Assembly: GCA_963716175.1 (NCBI GenBank)
Contig: OY970296.1
Location: forward strand, 1,536,001 to 1,600,000
Length of the DNA: 64,000 nucleotides
Direction: 5' to 3'
From: an uncultured Armatimonadetes bacterium
GTDB taxonomy: Bacteria; Armatimonadota; Hebobacteria; Hebobacterales; Hebobacteraceae
The number at the start of each line of letters is the position of its first letter. Position 1 is the first letter of the stretch. The notes beneath the pieces are model-generated. The model was given only the letters and a program-made list of their open reading frames with translations, was not told where the DNA came from and ran no database searches. Below, piece after piece: positions 40,693 through 51,529 of the stretch. The position numbers were made by a program, and so were the translations under genes.

Positions 40693-40883
40693 GCCGGCTT
40701 CGCATCACCCTGCGCCGGAGCACCATCGGCCGAAAGCAGGATCAGAAGGATACCGCGCGCATCCTGGGGTTGACGAAGCTGAACGGGGCGGTGATCCGGC
40801 CGGATAACCCGGCGATTCGGGGGATGGTCAACAAGCTGCGGCATCTGGTGACGGTGGAGGAGGTGGAGGGCGAGGAAGGTTGA
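40689..40883 (+). CDS. rpmD: 50S ribosomal protein L30
   Basis: [19 protein letters not shown]. Confidence 0.94.
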   Translation: MSRLRITLRRSTIGRKQDQKDTARILGLTKLNGAVIRPDNPAIRGMVNKLRHLVTVEEVEGEEG

Positions 40884-40970
40884 CGGGGAGCAAGAGCCGG
40901 CGGCGATGCGCTCGCCTTCGCTGAAGCTGCGGCAAGCGCATGGCCGCCCTACAGGGATATGGAGATAGGG

Positions 40971-41429
40971 ATGCACGCTGGTGAGCTGCGCCCCGCGCCT
41001 GGGGCGAAGAAGAGAAAAAAGCGAGTGGGCCGAGGCATGGGCTCGGGGCACGGCAAGACCTCCACCCGCGGGATGAAAGGCCAGAAGGCCCGGGAGCAGG
41101 TGCGCCTCGGGTTCGAGGGGGGCCAGACTCCGCTCTATCGCCGGCTGCGCAAGCGCCGGGGGATGGGCAAGTCGGCCCGCAATCTAGGGGTGTTCGCCCG
41201 CGCCTACGCGGAGGTCAACATTGGCCGGCTGGAGGAGCGATTCGAGGCCGGGACGGTGGTGACGCCGGAGCTGCTGGTGGAGCAGCGGGTGGTGCGCAAC
41301 CTGCGGGACGGGGTGCGAGTGCTGGGGGAGGGCGAGCTGACCAAGGCCCTGACAGTGCGGGCACACCATTTCAGCGGGGCGGCGCGCGCCAAGATTGAGG
41401 CTGCTGGGGGCAAGGCGGAGGTGATCTGA
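40971..41429 (+). CDS. rplO: 50S ribosomal protein L15
   Basis: [23 protein letters not shown]. Confidence 0.97.
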   Translation: MHAGELRPAPGAKKRKKRVGRGMGSGHGKTSTRGMKGQKAREQVRLGFEGGQTPLYRRLRKRRGMGKSARNLGVFARAYAEVNIGRLEERFEAGTVVTPELLVEQRVVRNLRDGVRVLGEGELTKALTVRAHHFSGAARAKIEAAGGKAEVI

Positions 41430-41430
41430 G

Positions 41431-42726
41431 GTGACCAGCACCGCCCTGGCGCCGGTGATCGGCGCCTTCAAGCTCCCCGACCTGCGCCGGCGCATCCTGT
41501 TCGTGTTCGGGATGTTCGCGGTGTACGTAATCGGCCTGCACATCCCGATCCCGGGTGTGAACAGAGAGGCGATGGGCCGTCTGGTGGAGGGCGGCCTGCT
41601 GGGGTTGATGGATGCGTTCACCGGGGGCGCGTTCCGCAAGTTTTCCATCCTGGCGATGGGGATCATGCCCTATATCAATGCTTCCATTATCTTCCAGCTC
41701 CTGGGCATCGCCATCCCCCGGGTGGCGGAGCTGGCGAAGGAGGGGGAGAGCGGCCGCAAGAAGATCTCGCAGTGGACGCGTTGGCTCACTATCATCTTGG
41801 GCATTTTGCAGGCGGCGATGACGTGCATGATGCTGCGCCAGTACACCCCGCCCATCCTAAGCGCGAGCGGCGTCGCTCTGATCCCGATCATCATCACGCT
41901 GACCGGCGGGACCTGCTTCCTGATGTGGATGGGGGAGCAGATCACGGACAAGGGGATCGGCAACGGGGTCTCGCTGATCATCTTCGCCGGCATCGTGGCG
42001 CGCATGCCGGTGGATGTGGGCCGCACCTACCAGCTCTGGCGCACCGGCAACCTGATGTGGACCAATGTGCTGTTCCTATTGGTGATCTGGCTGGCCACCA
42101 TCGCGGGGATCATCTACATCACCAAGGGACAGCGGCGGATCACCATCCAGTCGGCGAAGCGGGTGGTGGGGACGCGCATCTACAGCGGGGGGAGCAGCTT
42201 CCTGCCCATCCCGGTGAACGCGGCGGGAGTGATCCCGATCATCTTCGCCATCGCGGTGGTGCTGCTGCCGGCGCAGATCGCCCAGTTCCTGTCCGGCGCG
42301 AAGGGAATAGGTCCGTACATGGGGAAGGTGGCGGACTTCTTCAGCCCGGGGCACAGCGCAGTGGCCTCCGCCTTCTACTTTCTGCTAGTCGTTTTCTTCA
42401 CCTATTTCTACACTGCGGTGACCTTCAACGTGGCCGATGTTTCCGATAACCTGAGGAAATACGGGAGCTTCATCCCGGGGATCAGGCCGGGGAAGCCGAC
42501 GGAGCGGCACCTGGATAAGGTGCTGAGCCGGGTGACGCTGGCGGGCGCGCTGTTTCTGGGCGTGATCGCCCTGCTCTCCTACTATGTTCCCACCATCACC
42601 GGGGTGAGCAGCTTCACGGTGGTGGGCGGGACCTCGCTGCTGATCCTGGTGGGAGTGGCGTTGGACACGCTGCAGCAGATCGAGGCGCATTTGGTGATGC
42701 GGCAATACGAAGGGTTCATCAAGTGA
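41431..42726 (+). CDS. secY: preprotein translocase SecY
   Basis: [40 protein letters not shown]. Confidence 0.98.
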   Translation: MTSTALAPVIGAFKLPDLRRRILFVFGMFAVYVIGLHIPIPGVNREAMGRLVEGGLLGLMDAFTGGAFRKFSILAMGIMPYINASIIFQLLGIAIPRVAELAKEGESGRKKISQWTRWLTIILGILQAAMTCMMLRQYTPPILSASGVALIPIIITLTGGTCFLMWMGEQITDKGIGNGVSLIIFAGIVARMPVDVGRTYQLWRTGNLMWTNVLFLLVIWLATIAGIIYITKGQRRITIQSAKRVVGTRIYSGGSSFLPIPVNAAGVIPIIFAIAVVLLPAQIAQFLSGAKGIGPYMGKVADFFSPGHSAVASAFYFLLVVFFTYFYTAVTFNVADVSDNLRKYGSFIPGIRPGKPTERHLDKVLSRVTLAGALFLGVIALLSYYVPTITGVSSFTVVGGTSLLILVGVALDTLQQIEAHLVMRQYEGFIK

Positions 42727-42867
42727 TGCGCAGGGTCGAGCAGTGCGGAGCGCCGGCGGGCATAGGCATGCCCGCCCGACCAACGCCGACGGCAACGGCC
42801 GGCGGCTATGCCTTCGGCATGGCCGCCCTACAGATGCGGCAATACGAAGGGTTCATCAAGTGATGCG
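42696..42867 (+). repeat. 35-bp direct repeat of the secY-adk junction flanking a 102-bp REP cassette
   Basis: GATGCGGCAATACGAAGGGTTCATCAAGTGATGCG at 42696-42730 and 42833-42867. Confidence 0.92.
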
Positions 42868-43549
42868 GATCGTGCTGCTAGGGCCTCCGGGCTCGGGGAA
42901 AGGGACGCAGGCGAGCGCGCTGGAGCGGAAGTGGGGGGTGGCGCATATCTCCTCCGGCGACTTGCTGCGGGGGCACGTGAAGGCCGGCAGCGAGCTCGGC
43001 CGCCGGGCCCAGCCGTTCATGGACCGGGGCGACCTGGTGCCGGATGAGCTGATCCTCGACATGATGGAGCAGCGCCTGTCGGAGCCGGACGCGGAGCGCG
43101 GGTTCGCGCTGGACGGCTTCCCGCGCACGGTGGCGCAGGCGGAGGCGCTGGAGCGGCGGCTGGCGGGGAGGGGGCAGAGCCTGGAGGCGGTGATCTTCCT
43201 GCGGGTGCCGGAGGAGGAGTTGCTGCGGCGGCTGGGGGGGCGGCGCGTGTGCCCTCAGTGCCATGCCATCTATCAACTGGAGACCATGCCGCCGAAGGTG
43301 GAGGGGGTGTGCAACCGCTGTGGCGCGGCGCTGGTGCAGCGACAGGACGAACAGGTGGAGGTGGTGCGGAACCGGCTGCGCGTGTACGCGGACCAGACCG
43401 AGCCGCTGCTGGCCTACTATCGGGGGCAGGGGCTGCTGCACGAGATTGATGGCACCATCGGGGTGGAGAATGTGATGGGCGAGATCGCGCGCCTGGTGGG
43501 TCGCCTGGAGGACCAGGCTCCCGCCGCGTCGAGGGAGAAGCGGCGGTGA
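42863..43549 (+). CDS. adk: adenylate kinase (Zn-type LID)
   Basis: GPPGSGKGTQ, LDGFPR, CPQC..CNRC. Confidence 0.96.
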   Translation: MRIVLLGPPGSGKGTQASALERKWGVAHISSGDLLRGHVKAGSELGRRAQPFMDRGDLVPDELILDMMEQRLSEPDAERGFALDGFPRTVAQAEALERRLAGRGQSLEAVIFLRVPEEELLRRLGGRRVCPQCHAIYQLETMPPKVEGVCNRCGAALVQRQDEQVEVVRNRLRVYADQTEPLLAYYRGQGLLHEIDGTIGVENVMGEIARLVGRLEDQAPAASREKRR

Positions 43550-44406
43550 GGCGGATGCGGCCGGGGAGGAGATCGCACAGGGAGGAGATCCCGCTGAAGA
43601 GCGAGGAGGAGATCGCGCGGATGCGGCGGGCGGGGCAGATCGTGGCCCTCACCCTGGAGCGGCTGGCGGCGGCGGCAGCGCCGGGGGTGATGACCCGCGA
43701 GCTGGACCACATGGCGGAGGCGATCATCCGCAGCTTCGGCGGAGTGCCGACCTTCTACCAGTTCTATGGCTATCCGGCCCATATCTGCGTGTCGGTGGAT
43801 GACGAGGTGGTGCACGGGATCCCGGGGGACCGGGTGCTGGAGAGCGGGCAGATCGTCTCTCTTGACGTAGGGGCGACGGTTGAGGGTATGATAGGAGATG
43901 GGGCGATCACCGTGGGGGTGGGTCCCATCTCGCCGCAGGCCGAGCGCTTGATCAGAGTGACCGAGGAGGCGCTGGCCAAGGGCATGGCAGCGGCGCGGCC
44001 GGGCAATCGGGTGGTGGACATCTCGGCGGCCGTCCAGCAGCATGTGGAAGCGCACGGGTACGCGGTGGTGCGGAAGCTGATCGGGCATGGAGTGGGCCGG
44101 GAGATGCACGAGCCACCGCAAGTGCCCAACTTCGTGGACCGGGAGCGGGAGGAGTCGCCGGAGCTGGCGGTGGGGATGACGCTGGCGATTGAGCCCATGG
44201 TGAACGAGGGGAGCTGGGAGGTGGTCCAGGAGAGAGACGGGTGGACCTACCGGACCAGGGATGGGTCGCTGTCGGCTCACTGGGAGCACACGGTGGTGGT
44301 GAGGGAAGATGGATGCGAGATCCTGACCGCGCGGGAGGTGCCGCCAGGCCGGGGGCAGAGGGCGCCGGGGCGGGTGGCAGCGCCGGTCCGAGGAGAGCTG
44401 GGATGA
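43546..44406 (+). CDS. map: methionine aminopeptidase type I
   Basis: VHGIP, GHGVG..HEPP, AIEPM, AHWEHT. Confidence 0.96.
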   Translation: MRRMRPGRRSHREEIPLKSEEEIARMRRAGQIVALTLERLAAAAAPGVMTRELDHMAEAIIRSFGGVPTFYQFYGYPAHICVSVDDEVVHGIPGDRVLESGQIVSLDVGATVEGMIGDGAITVGVGPISPQAERLIRVTEEALAKGMAAARPGNRVVDISAAVQQHVEAHGYAVVRKLIGHGVGREMHEPPQVPNFVDREREESPELAVGMTLAIEPMVNEGSWEVVQERDGWTYRTRDGSLSAHWEHTVVVREDGCEILTAREVPPGRGQRAPGRVAAPVRGELG

Positions 44407-44516
44407 AGGTGCGACCATCAGTGAAGAAGATGTGTGACCGCTGCAAGATCGTGCGCCGGCATGGCCGGGTGCGGGTGATCTGTGAGAAGCCCAAGCACAA
44501 GCAGGTGCAGGGCTGA
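44403..44516 (+). CDS. rpmJ: 50S ribosomal protein L36
   Basis: [23 protein letters not shown]. Confidence 0.96.
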   Translation: MKVRPSVKKMCDRCKIVRRHGRVRVICEKPKHKQVQG

Positions 44517-44534
44517 GGCGAGGGAGAGAGCAGA

Positions 44535-44924
44535 ATGGCGCGGATTGCAGGAGTGGACTTGCCCCGGGACAAGCGGCTGGAGATCGCGCTGACCTACATC
44601 CTTGGGATCGGCCGTTCGCTGAGCAGTCATATCCTGAGCGAGACCGGGGTGAGCCCGGACACGCGGGTGCGGGATATGACGGAGGACGAGATCACCCGGC
44701 TGCGGGAGTTTATCGAGCGCAACCTGCGGGTGGAGGGCGACCTGCGGCGCGTGGTGCAGAGCAACATCCAGCGGCTGATAGACATTGGGTCGTACCGGGG
44801 GATGCGCCACCGCCGGGGCCTGCCGGTGCGGGGGCAGCGGACGCGCACCAATGCCCGGACCCGGAAGGGGCCGGGGGCGAAGGCGAAGCGGTCGGTGGGC
44901 GTGAGGAGGCGAAGGACACCATGA
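44535..44924 (+). CDS. rpsM: 30S ribosomal protein S13
   Basis: [17 protein letters not shown]. Confidence 0.98.
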   Translation: MARIAGVDLPRDKRLEIALTYILGIGRSLSSHILSETGVSPDTRVRDMTEDEITRLREFIERNLRVEGDLRRVVQSNIQRLIDIGSYRGMRHRRGLPVRGQRTRTNARTRKGPGAKAKRSVGVRRRRTP

Positions 44925-44945
44925 TCAGCGCGAGGAGATGGCACT

Positions 44946-45337
44946 ATGGGGCGTAAAACCGGCGCCAGGCCGAAACGGCGGGAGCGGCGGGTGGTGGCCC
45001 AAGGCCGGGCCTACATCCAGTCCACCTTCAACAACACCATCGTCACGGTGACGGATGCGGAGGGGGCGTGCTGTCCTGGGCCAGCTCCGGGTCGGTGGGG
45101 TTCAAGGGCACCAAGAAGGGGACTCCCTTCGCCGCCCGCCTGGCCGCGGAGACGGCGGCGCGCAAGGCGCTGGAGTACGGGATGCGGCGGGTGGATGTGT
45201 ACGTGAAGGGCCCGGGGAGCGGACGGGAGACGGCGATCCGCTCGCTGCAGACCGCGGGCCTGGAGGTGAGCAGCATTCGGGATATCACGCCCATCCCGCA
45301 CAACGGGTGCCGGCCGCCGCGGCGGCGGCGGATCTAG
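44946..45337 (+). CDS. rpsK: 30S ribosomal protein S11 (apparent frameshift at G-run 45062-45066)
   Basis: STFNNTIVT in one frame, [19 protein letters not shown] in the next. Confidence 0.93.
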
Positions 45338-45349
45338 GAAGAGCGGAGA

Positions 45350-45982
45350 ATGGCACGATACACGGGTCCATCCTGTCGGCTGTGTCGCCGCGCTGGGGTG
45401 CGGCTCTACCTGCTGGGGGAGCGCTGCTGGCTCCCCAAGTGTGAGATCGAGAAGCGGGCCTATGTGCCGGGAGATCACGCCCACGCCAGGGTGCGCCGGC
45501 GCGCCTCGGCCTATGGGCTGCAATTGGCGGAGAAGCAGAAGCTGCGGCGGATCTACGGGGTGCTGGAGCGGCAGTTCCGCCGCTATTTCCGGGAGGCGGA
45601 GCGGCGGCCCGGGATTACCGGGGAGATCTTGCTGCAGTTCCTGGAGCGGCGCCTGGACAACGTGGTCTACCGGTTGGGGTTTGCCGCCTCCCGGGCGCAG
45701 GCGCGGCAGCTGGTGGTGCACAAGCACTTCGTGGTGAACGATCGGTCGGTGAATATCCCCTCTTTCCAGGTGCGGCCGGGAGATGCGGTGGGGGTGCGGG
45801 AGCGGAGCCGCGGGCTGCCGCCCGTGGTGGCAGCGGTGGAGAAAGCGGGGGGGAGGCGGCTTCCGAGCTGGCTGCAGATCGAGGGAGACGCCATGCGGGG
45901 CCGGGTGCTGGCGCTGCCCGCGCGCGCCGATATTGACACCCAGGTGCAGGAGGAGTTGATCGTCGAGTTTTACTCGCGGTAG
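45350..45982 (+). CDS. rpsD: 30S ribosomal protein S4
   Basis: [28 protein letters not shown]. Confidence 0.97.
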   Translation: MARYTGPSCRLCRRAGVRLYLLGERCWLPKCEIEKRAYVPGDHAHARVRRRASAYGLQLAEKQKLRRIYGVLERQFRRYFREAERRPGITGEILLQFLERRLDNVVYRLGFAASRAQARQLVVHKHFVVNDRSVNIPSFQVRPGDAVGVRERSRGLPPVVAAVEKAGGRRLPSWLQIEGDAMRGRVLALPARADIDTQVQEELIVEFYSR

Positions 45983-46084
45983 ACTGGCGGGGGACGCCGC
46001 AAGCGCGGTGAAGGCGGCGGCGGCACTCACGTCGTTATAGGCGCTGCGATTTTCTTTGTGATGGCGGGGACGGAGGAGACGCGG

Positions 46085-47115
46085 ATGATCATAGATACCC
46101 TGACACCCCGGATCGAGCGGCTGGATGATGGCAAGGACCCGCGGTTCGGGTCGTTTCTGGTGGAGCCGCTGGAGCGGGGGTATGGCACCACCCTGGGGAA
46201 CGCGCTGCGGCGGGTGCTGCTATCTTCCATCCCGGGGGCGGCGATCACGTTCGTCACCATCGAGGGGGTGCTGCACGAGTTCTCGACCATCCCGGGGGTG
46301 GTGGAGGACACCACCGAGATCCTGCTCAACCTGAAGGAGCTGGCGATCAGGGTGCTGGAGGCCCCGGAGGGGGAGAGCTCTCGCAGGCCCCCAGCGAGGG
46401 GGCGCGGATCCTGCGCATCGAGCGGGTGGGGCCTGGGGAGGTGCTGGGTGCGGACGTGGAGGCGCCCAGCGATGTGGAGATCGTGAACAAGGACCTGCAC
46501 ATCGCCACCCTGGACAGCGGGGAGGCCTCGCTCTCGGTGCAGATGGAGGTGGAGCGGGGCCGGGGGTACGTGTCGGCGGAGGAGCACGACACCACCCGGC
46601 GGCCGATTGGGGCGATCCCGCTGGACTCCATCTTCACCCCGGTGCGGAGGGTGGGCTTTCGGGTGGAGCCGACCCGGGTCGGCCATATGACCGACTTCGA
46701 TCGTCTGGTGCTGGAGGTCACGACCAATGGGACGATTGACCCGGCGGACGCGATCAGCGATGCGGCGAAGATCCTGGACCGCTACCTGATCCTGTTCTTC
46801 GACTTCCAGCAGCAGGAAGAGGAGCTGGCCGGGGCGCCGGAGGTGGAGTCCGCGCTGGCCCGGCAGCTTCAGACCAGGGTGGAGGATCTGGATTTCTCGG
46901 TGCGCACCTCCAACTGCCTGCGGCGGGAGGGGATCACCACGGTGGGGGAGCTGGTGCACCGGACGGAGGCGGACCTGATGGCGATCCGCAACTTCGGCCG
47001 CAAGTCGCTGCAAGAGGTGAAGGATAAGCTGGCCACCATGGATCTGAAGCTGACCAGCGGCGGCGAGGTGGCGGTGGGTGAGGACGAGGAAGAGGAAGGG
47101 GAGACTGAGGAGTAG
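46085..47115 (+). CDS. rpoA: RNA polymerase alpha subunit (apparent frameshift at G-run 46369-46373)
   Basis: [17 protein letters not shown], then in the next frame [28 protein letters not shown]. Confidence 0.94.
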
Positions 47116-47130
47116 GAGGGGCGTGCTGCG

Positions 47131-47600
47131 GTGAGACATCGTATCGCCGGGCGGCGACTGGGCCTGCCCACTGACCAAAGGATGGCGCTGCTGCGCAATC
47201 TGGTGACCTCTCTGCTCTGGCACGGCAGCGTGGTGACCACGGAGACGCGGGCGAAAGAGGCGCGCAGCATCGCGGAGAAGCTGATCTCGCTGGCCAAGCA
47301 GGACAACCTGCACCGGCGGCGGCAGGCGCGGCGCCTGCTGATGCCGCGCACGGGGCTGATCCGGATGAAGGAGGGATCGCACCGGGAGGCGCCGGCCGGC
47401 GGGGAGGCGGAGAAGATCGGCCTGGCCGGACGCAGCCCCAGCTCCGTGGAGAACTCGGTGCGCCATTTGTTCGAGCACGTGGCGCCCCAGTATCAGGACC
47501 GGCCGGGGGGCTTTTCCCGGATGGTGCGGATCGGGTACCGGCGGGGGACGGGGTGTCGCGGGTGAAGCTGCAACTGGTTGACTATCGGCCCCCGGAATAG
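47131..47600 (+). CDS. rplQ: 50S ribosomal protein L17 (apparent frameshift at G-run 47543-47547)
   Basis: MRHR..LG..RMALLRNL, TTETRAKE, RPGGFSR; one extra G gives RRGDGVSRVKLQLVDYRPPE*. Confidence 0.93.
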
Positions 47601-47614
47601 CCGGTCGGCGGGCG

Positions 47615-48352
47615 ATGCGCAATATCAAGCTGACGCTGGAGTACGACGGCACCGATTTCCACGGGTTCCAACGCCAGCGGCGGCTGCGCACGGTGCAGGG
47701 GGTGCTGGAGGACAGCTTCTCCCGGGTGTTGGGGGAGCGGATCAGGGTGATCGGGGCGGGGCGGACGGACGCGGGGGTGCACGCCCTGGGGCAGGTGGTG
47801 AATTTCCGGACTAGCCGCCCGGTGCCGATGGCGCGGATGGCGCAGGCGCTGAACGGCGGGCTGCCGGAGGATGTCAAGGTCCAGGGCTGTGAGGAGGTGG
47901 AGGAGGGCTTCCACGCGCGCCGCGATGCGCGCAGCCGGGTCTACCAGTACTCGGTAGTGGAGCGGGCGATGCCGTCGCCGGTGCTGGGGCGGTATGCGCT
48001 GATCGTGCGGGAGAAGCTTGCGCTGGAGCGGATGGCGGCAGGGGCGCGGTTGCTGTTGGGCAGGCACGATTTCCGGGCCTTTCGGGCCAGCGGGTCGGAG
48101 ACCAGGACGACGGAGCGGAACTTGCTCCGGTTGGAGTGCCGGCGGGCAGGGGAGCGAACCTGGATCACGGCGGAAGCGGATAGCTTCCTCTACCAGATGG
48201 TGCGGAACATAGTGAGTGGGCTGCTGGCGGTGGGGCGGGGCGAACTGGCGCCAGAGGCGCTGAGGGCGGCGTTGGAGACGGGTGAGCGGCCAGCGGCGGC
48301 CCGGAAACCGGCGCCGGCTTGCGGGCTTTGCCTGTTGGAGGTATTATACTAG
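47615..48352 (+). CDS. truA: tRNA pseudouridine(38-40) synthase
   Basis: YDGTDFHGFQ, AGRTDAGVHA, HDF, FLYQMVR. Confidence 0.96.
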   Translation: MRNIKLTLEYDGTDFHGFQRQRRLRTVQGVLEDSFSRVLGERIRVIGAGRTDAGVHALGQVVNFRTSRPVPMARMAQALNGGLPEDVKVQGCEEVEEGFHARRDARSRVYQYSVVERAMPSPVLGRYALIVREKLALERMAAGARLLLGRHDFRAFRASGSETRTTERNLLRLECRRAGERTWITAEADSFLYQMVRNIVSGLLAVGRGELAPEALRAALETGERPAAARKPAPACGLCLLEVLY

Positions 48353-48391
48353 TTCCGCACTGCCGGCTGGGGCGAATGAGCCGAGGATAGC

Positions 48392-48875
48392 ATGAGGGTC
48401 AATCACAGGAAAACCTATTCCGCGAAGCCGGGCGAGGTGGCGAGCCGCTGGCTGCTGGTTGATGCGCAGGGGCAGGTGTTGGGCCGGCTGGCGGCGGATG
48501 TGGCGGCTCTGCTGCGGGGCAAGCACAAGGCGAGCTTCACCCGGCACGTAGATACCGGCGACCACGTGGTGGTGATCAACGCGGCCGGGCTGGTGCTGAC
48601 CGGGAATAAGGCGCAGCGGACCATGCGCTATCGGCACTCGGGCTACCCGGGTGGGCTGAAAGTCGAGCCCTATGGCGAGCTGTTGAAGAGGAACCCGGAG
48701 CGGGCCTTCCGGGCCGCGGTGAGGGGGATGCTGCCGCACAGCTCGCTGGGCAGGGCCCTGCTGCGCAAGCTGCAGGTGTACGGAGGCGGGGAGCATCCCC
48801 ACCAGGCGCAGGCGCCGGTGCCCTATCAGGCGCCGCACGCGCCGGCCGGCGGCGCAGCCGGAGCCGTCAGGATAG
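48392..48875 (+). CDS. rplM: 50S ribosomal protein L13 (as written the frame runs to 49006; probable true stop TAG 48873-48875)
   Basis: [33 protein letters not shown]. Confidence 0.92.
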
Positions 48876-48891
48876 GAGGTAAAGGGATCTC

Positions 48892-49281
48892 GTGGCTCAG
48901 GAATTCTATGGTACCGGGCATCGCAAGAACGCCACCGCGAAAGTCTGGGTTGCGCCGGGCGAGGAGCAGTTCACGGTCAACGGAGCTTCGCTCCTGGAGT
49001 ATGTGAGGCGGCCCACGCTGGCGGTGATGGTGCGGGAGCCGCTGGAGCTGGTGCGGGCGCTGGGCACTTTCAGCGTGCGCGCCACCTGCCTGGGGGGCGG
49101 GATCACGGGCCAGGCCGGGGCGCTGCGGCACGGTCTGGCGAGGGCGCTGGTGGCGATGGACGCGGAGCTGCGCAAGACGATGCGCGGTGCCGGGCTGCTC
49201 ACCCGCGATCCGCGGGTGAAGGAGCGGAAGAAGTACGGCCGCAAGCGGGCGCGGCGGGGATTCCAGTTCAAGAAGCGGTGA
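48892..49281 (+). CDS. rpsI: 30S ribosomal protein S9
   Basis: [28 protein letters not shown]. Confidence 0.97.
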   Translation: MAQEFYGTGHRKNATAKVWVAPGEEQFTVNGASLLEYVRRPTLAVMVREPLELVRALGTFSVRATCLGGGITGQAGALRHGLARALVAMDAELRKTMRGAGLLTRDPRVKERKKYGRKRARRGFQFKKR

Positions 49282-49303
49282 GGCGTCATTGGGCGAGGGT
49301 GGC

Positions 49304-50257
49304 GTGAGGAAGATTCGGCTGCAATTGGGGCTCATCGGGTCGGCGCTGGCGATCTCGGTCGCGGCGCTGGCGATGCTGGCCGGCGCGGCCTGGGGGCAGC
49401 CGCAGGGAAGCGCGCTGGCGGCCGCTGCGACAGTAGCGGGCTGGGGCGGGGCCTACGAGGTATACCAGGTGCAAGCGGGCGACACGGTGGAGAACGTGGC
49501 GGCCCGCTTCGGCATTGCCCCGGAGCTAGTACGTAACCTGAACGTCCTGGGCCAGGGGACGGCGCTGGCGCCCGGCCAGGACCTGGCGATCCCGCTCCCG
49601 GGCTCCGCCAAAGATACCGCGGGCGGGGCAAACGCGGGAGTGGCGGCGGTGGGGCGGATGGTGCCGCCGCGCTACGCCGCCGTGAAGCAGGTGGGCCGGA
49701 TCACCAGTGAGCCGGATGCGGGCCGGCTGCTCTACGAGCCGGTGCTCGGGACGCGGCTGGTGGTGAAGGTGGACCGGGGGTCGCACTGGGGAGTGGTGAT
49801 GGTGGACGGGTCCATCGGCTGGATGGACAAGGCCTGCCTGGAAATGTCGGATCAGACCCTCCCGCCGGAGCAGTTGGAGGCGCTGCTGCGCGGGGCCAGG
49901 CCGGATATCGTGCTGGAGGCCTCTCGCTATCTGGGCACGCCCTATCGCTACGGGGCCTCGCTGCCGGAGGCGGTGGACTGCTCGGCTTTGGCGCAGGCGG
50001 CGTGCGCGGCGCGGGGCTTCTCTCTGCCTCGCACCGCGGCGGCGCAGTTCGAGGTGGGCAGGCCGGTGAACCTCAACGAGCTGGCGCCGGGCGACCGGCT
50101 CTACTTCGTCAGCAAGTCGGGGCGGATCAGCCACACCGGGATCTACAAAGGGGATGGGGAGTTCATCCATGCCTCGGCCCGCCGGGGCTGCGTGGCGGTT
50201 GATTCGTTGAGTGAGCCGTTCTACTGGAGCCGCTTCATCGGCGCGCGAAGGTTCTGA
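49304..50257 (+). CDS. secreted LysM + NlpC/P60 peptidoglycan endopeptidase
   Basis: Signal peptide, LysM YQVQAGDT, YLGTPYRYG, DCS, HTGIY, FIHAS. Confidence 0.88.
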   Translation: MRKIRLQLGLIGSALAISVAALAMLAGAAWGQPQGSALAAAATVAGWGGAYEVYQVQAGDTVENVAARFGIAPELVRNLNVLGQGTALAPGQDLAIPLPGSAKDTAGGANAGVAAVGRMVPPRYAAVKQVGRITSEPDAGRLLYEPVLGTRLVVKVDRGSHWGVVMVDGSIGWMDKACLEMSDQTLPPEQLEALLRGARPDIVLEASRYLGTPYRYGASLPEAVDCSALAQAACAARGFSLPRTAAAQFEVGRPVNLNELAPGDRLYFVSKSGRISHTGIYKGDGEFIHASARRGCVAVDSLSEPFYWSRFIGARRF

Positions 50258-50369
50258 GCGCCCGGCAGCAAGCCGGGCAGGTACCTGCAAGCTCGCCTCG
50301 GCGGGCTTGCTCGTTTTGGGGGGCATGGTCGCGGCAGGGAGGTCGCGGTTGCGGGGGTGGGGCCGGCGG

Positions 50370-50399
50370 TTGTCCGCCGGCGGGCGGTTGGTGTAGAAT
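50370..50399 (+). promoter_or_regulatory. putative promoter of the arg operon
   Basis: TTGTCC-18 bp-TAGAAT. Confidence 0.45.
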
Positions 50400-50423
50400 G
50401 TGGCCGCGCAGAGGACTACAGAC

Positions 50424-51464
50424 ATGGTGAACGTGGCGATTCTCGGGGCCACGGGATACGGGGGCATCGAGCTGATTCGATTGCTCCAGGCCCACCCGCA
50501 GGTGAGGTTGGCGTACCTTCACTCTGAGAGCTACGCCGGCCAGCGGGTATGCGACGTCTATCCGCAACTGGCGGGTGTCGAGACCAGGCTGCGCGACCTC
50601 GACGCGGTAGCGGTGGCCGCCGAGTGCAAGTTCGCGCTGCTGGCAGTGCCGGCCGGGAAGTCCATGCAGGTGGCGCCGAAGCTGCTGGAGGCGGGGGTGC
50701 GGGTGGTTGACGTCAGCCCCGACTTCCGGCTGAAGGACCCAGCGCTCTATCCGACATGGTACAAGCTGGATCACACCCATCCGGAGCTGCTGAAGGAGGC
50801 CGTATTCGGCATTCCGGAGTGGTACCGGGAGGCGATGTCAGGGGCGCGGCTGGTGGCAGCGCCCGGGTGCTACAGCACGGCCGCGATCCTGGCGCTGGCA
50901 CCACTGGCGGCGGAGAAGCTGATTGACAGCAGTGATATCGTGGCCGACGGCAAGACCGGGATCTCGGGCGCGGGACGGACATCGCTCAAGCTGCAGTACC
51001 ATTTCCCGGAGGCGAGCGAGGACGTATCCCCCTATTCGGTCGGCGGCCACCGGCATCTGCCGGAGATGGTGCAGGTGCTGGAGGCGATCGGCGGGTCCGG
51101 GGCCGCGGTGACGTTCACTCCCCACCTGGTGCCGATGAGCCGGGGCATCCTGATGACGTGCTATGTGAGACCGAAGGCCGGTGTGGGAACGGCAGAGCTG
51201 CGGGAGGCAATGCTGCGCCGGTATCGGGATGAACCGTTCGTGCACGTGCTGCCGGAGGGAGTGTGGCCCCATACCAAGTGGGCGGCAGGGACTAACCAGT
51301 GCTTCCTGGCGCTAGCAATGGACCGTGGTTCCGGCCGGGCGATAGTGGTATCCGCGATTGACAATCTGGGCAAAGGCATGTCAGGGCAGATGGTGCAGTG
51401 CCTGAATGTGATGCTGGGGGTTGGTGAGACGACGGCGTTGGGCACGCCCGCGACGTACCCATAG
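50424..51464 (+). CDS. argC: N-acetyl-gamma-glutamyl-phosphate reductase
   Basis: GATGYGG, PGCY, SGAG, HRHLPE, DNLGKG. Confidence 0.95.
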   Translation: MVNVAILGATGYGGIELIRLLQAHPQVRLAYLHSESYAGQRVCDVYPQLAGVETRLRDLDAVAVAAECKFALLAVPAGKSMQVAPKLLEAGVRVVDVSPDFRLKDPALYPTWYKLDHTHPELLKEAVFGIPEWYREAMSGARLVAAPGCYSTAAILALAPLAAEKLIDSSDIVADGKTGISGAGRTSLKLQYHFPEASEDVSPYSVGGHRHLPEMVQVLEAIGGSGAAVTFTPHLVPMSRGILMTCYVRPKAGVGTAELREAMLRRYRDEPFVHVLPEGVWPHTKWAAGTNQCFLALAMDRGSGRAIVVSAIDNLGKGMSGQMVQCLNVMLGVGETTALGTPATYP

Positions 51465-51529
51465 AAGAAGACGGCAACGGCGCAACCACAGATGAACGCA
51501 GATGGACACAGATGAAGACGGATAAGGCG

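Noticed and set aside
45062-48875. Frameshifts in rpsK, rpoA, rplQ (and the rplM run-on) as programmed frameshifting or pseudogenes
   Set aside because: Three fall in G5 runs and are fixed by one added G. The genes are essential and otherwise intact, which is typical of long-read homopolymer error.
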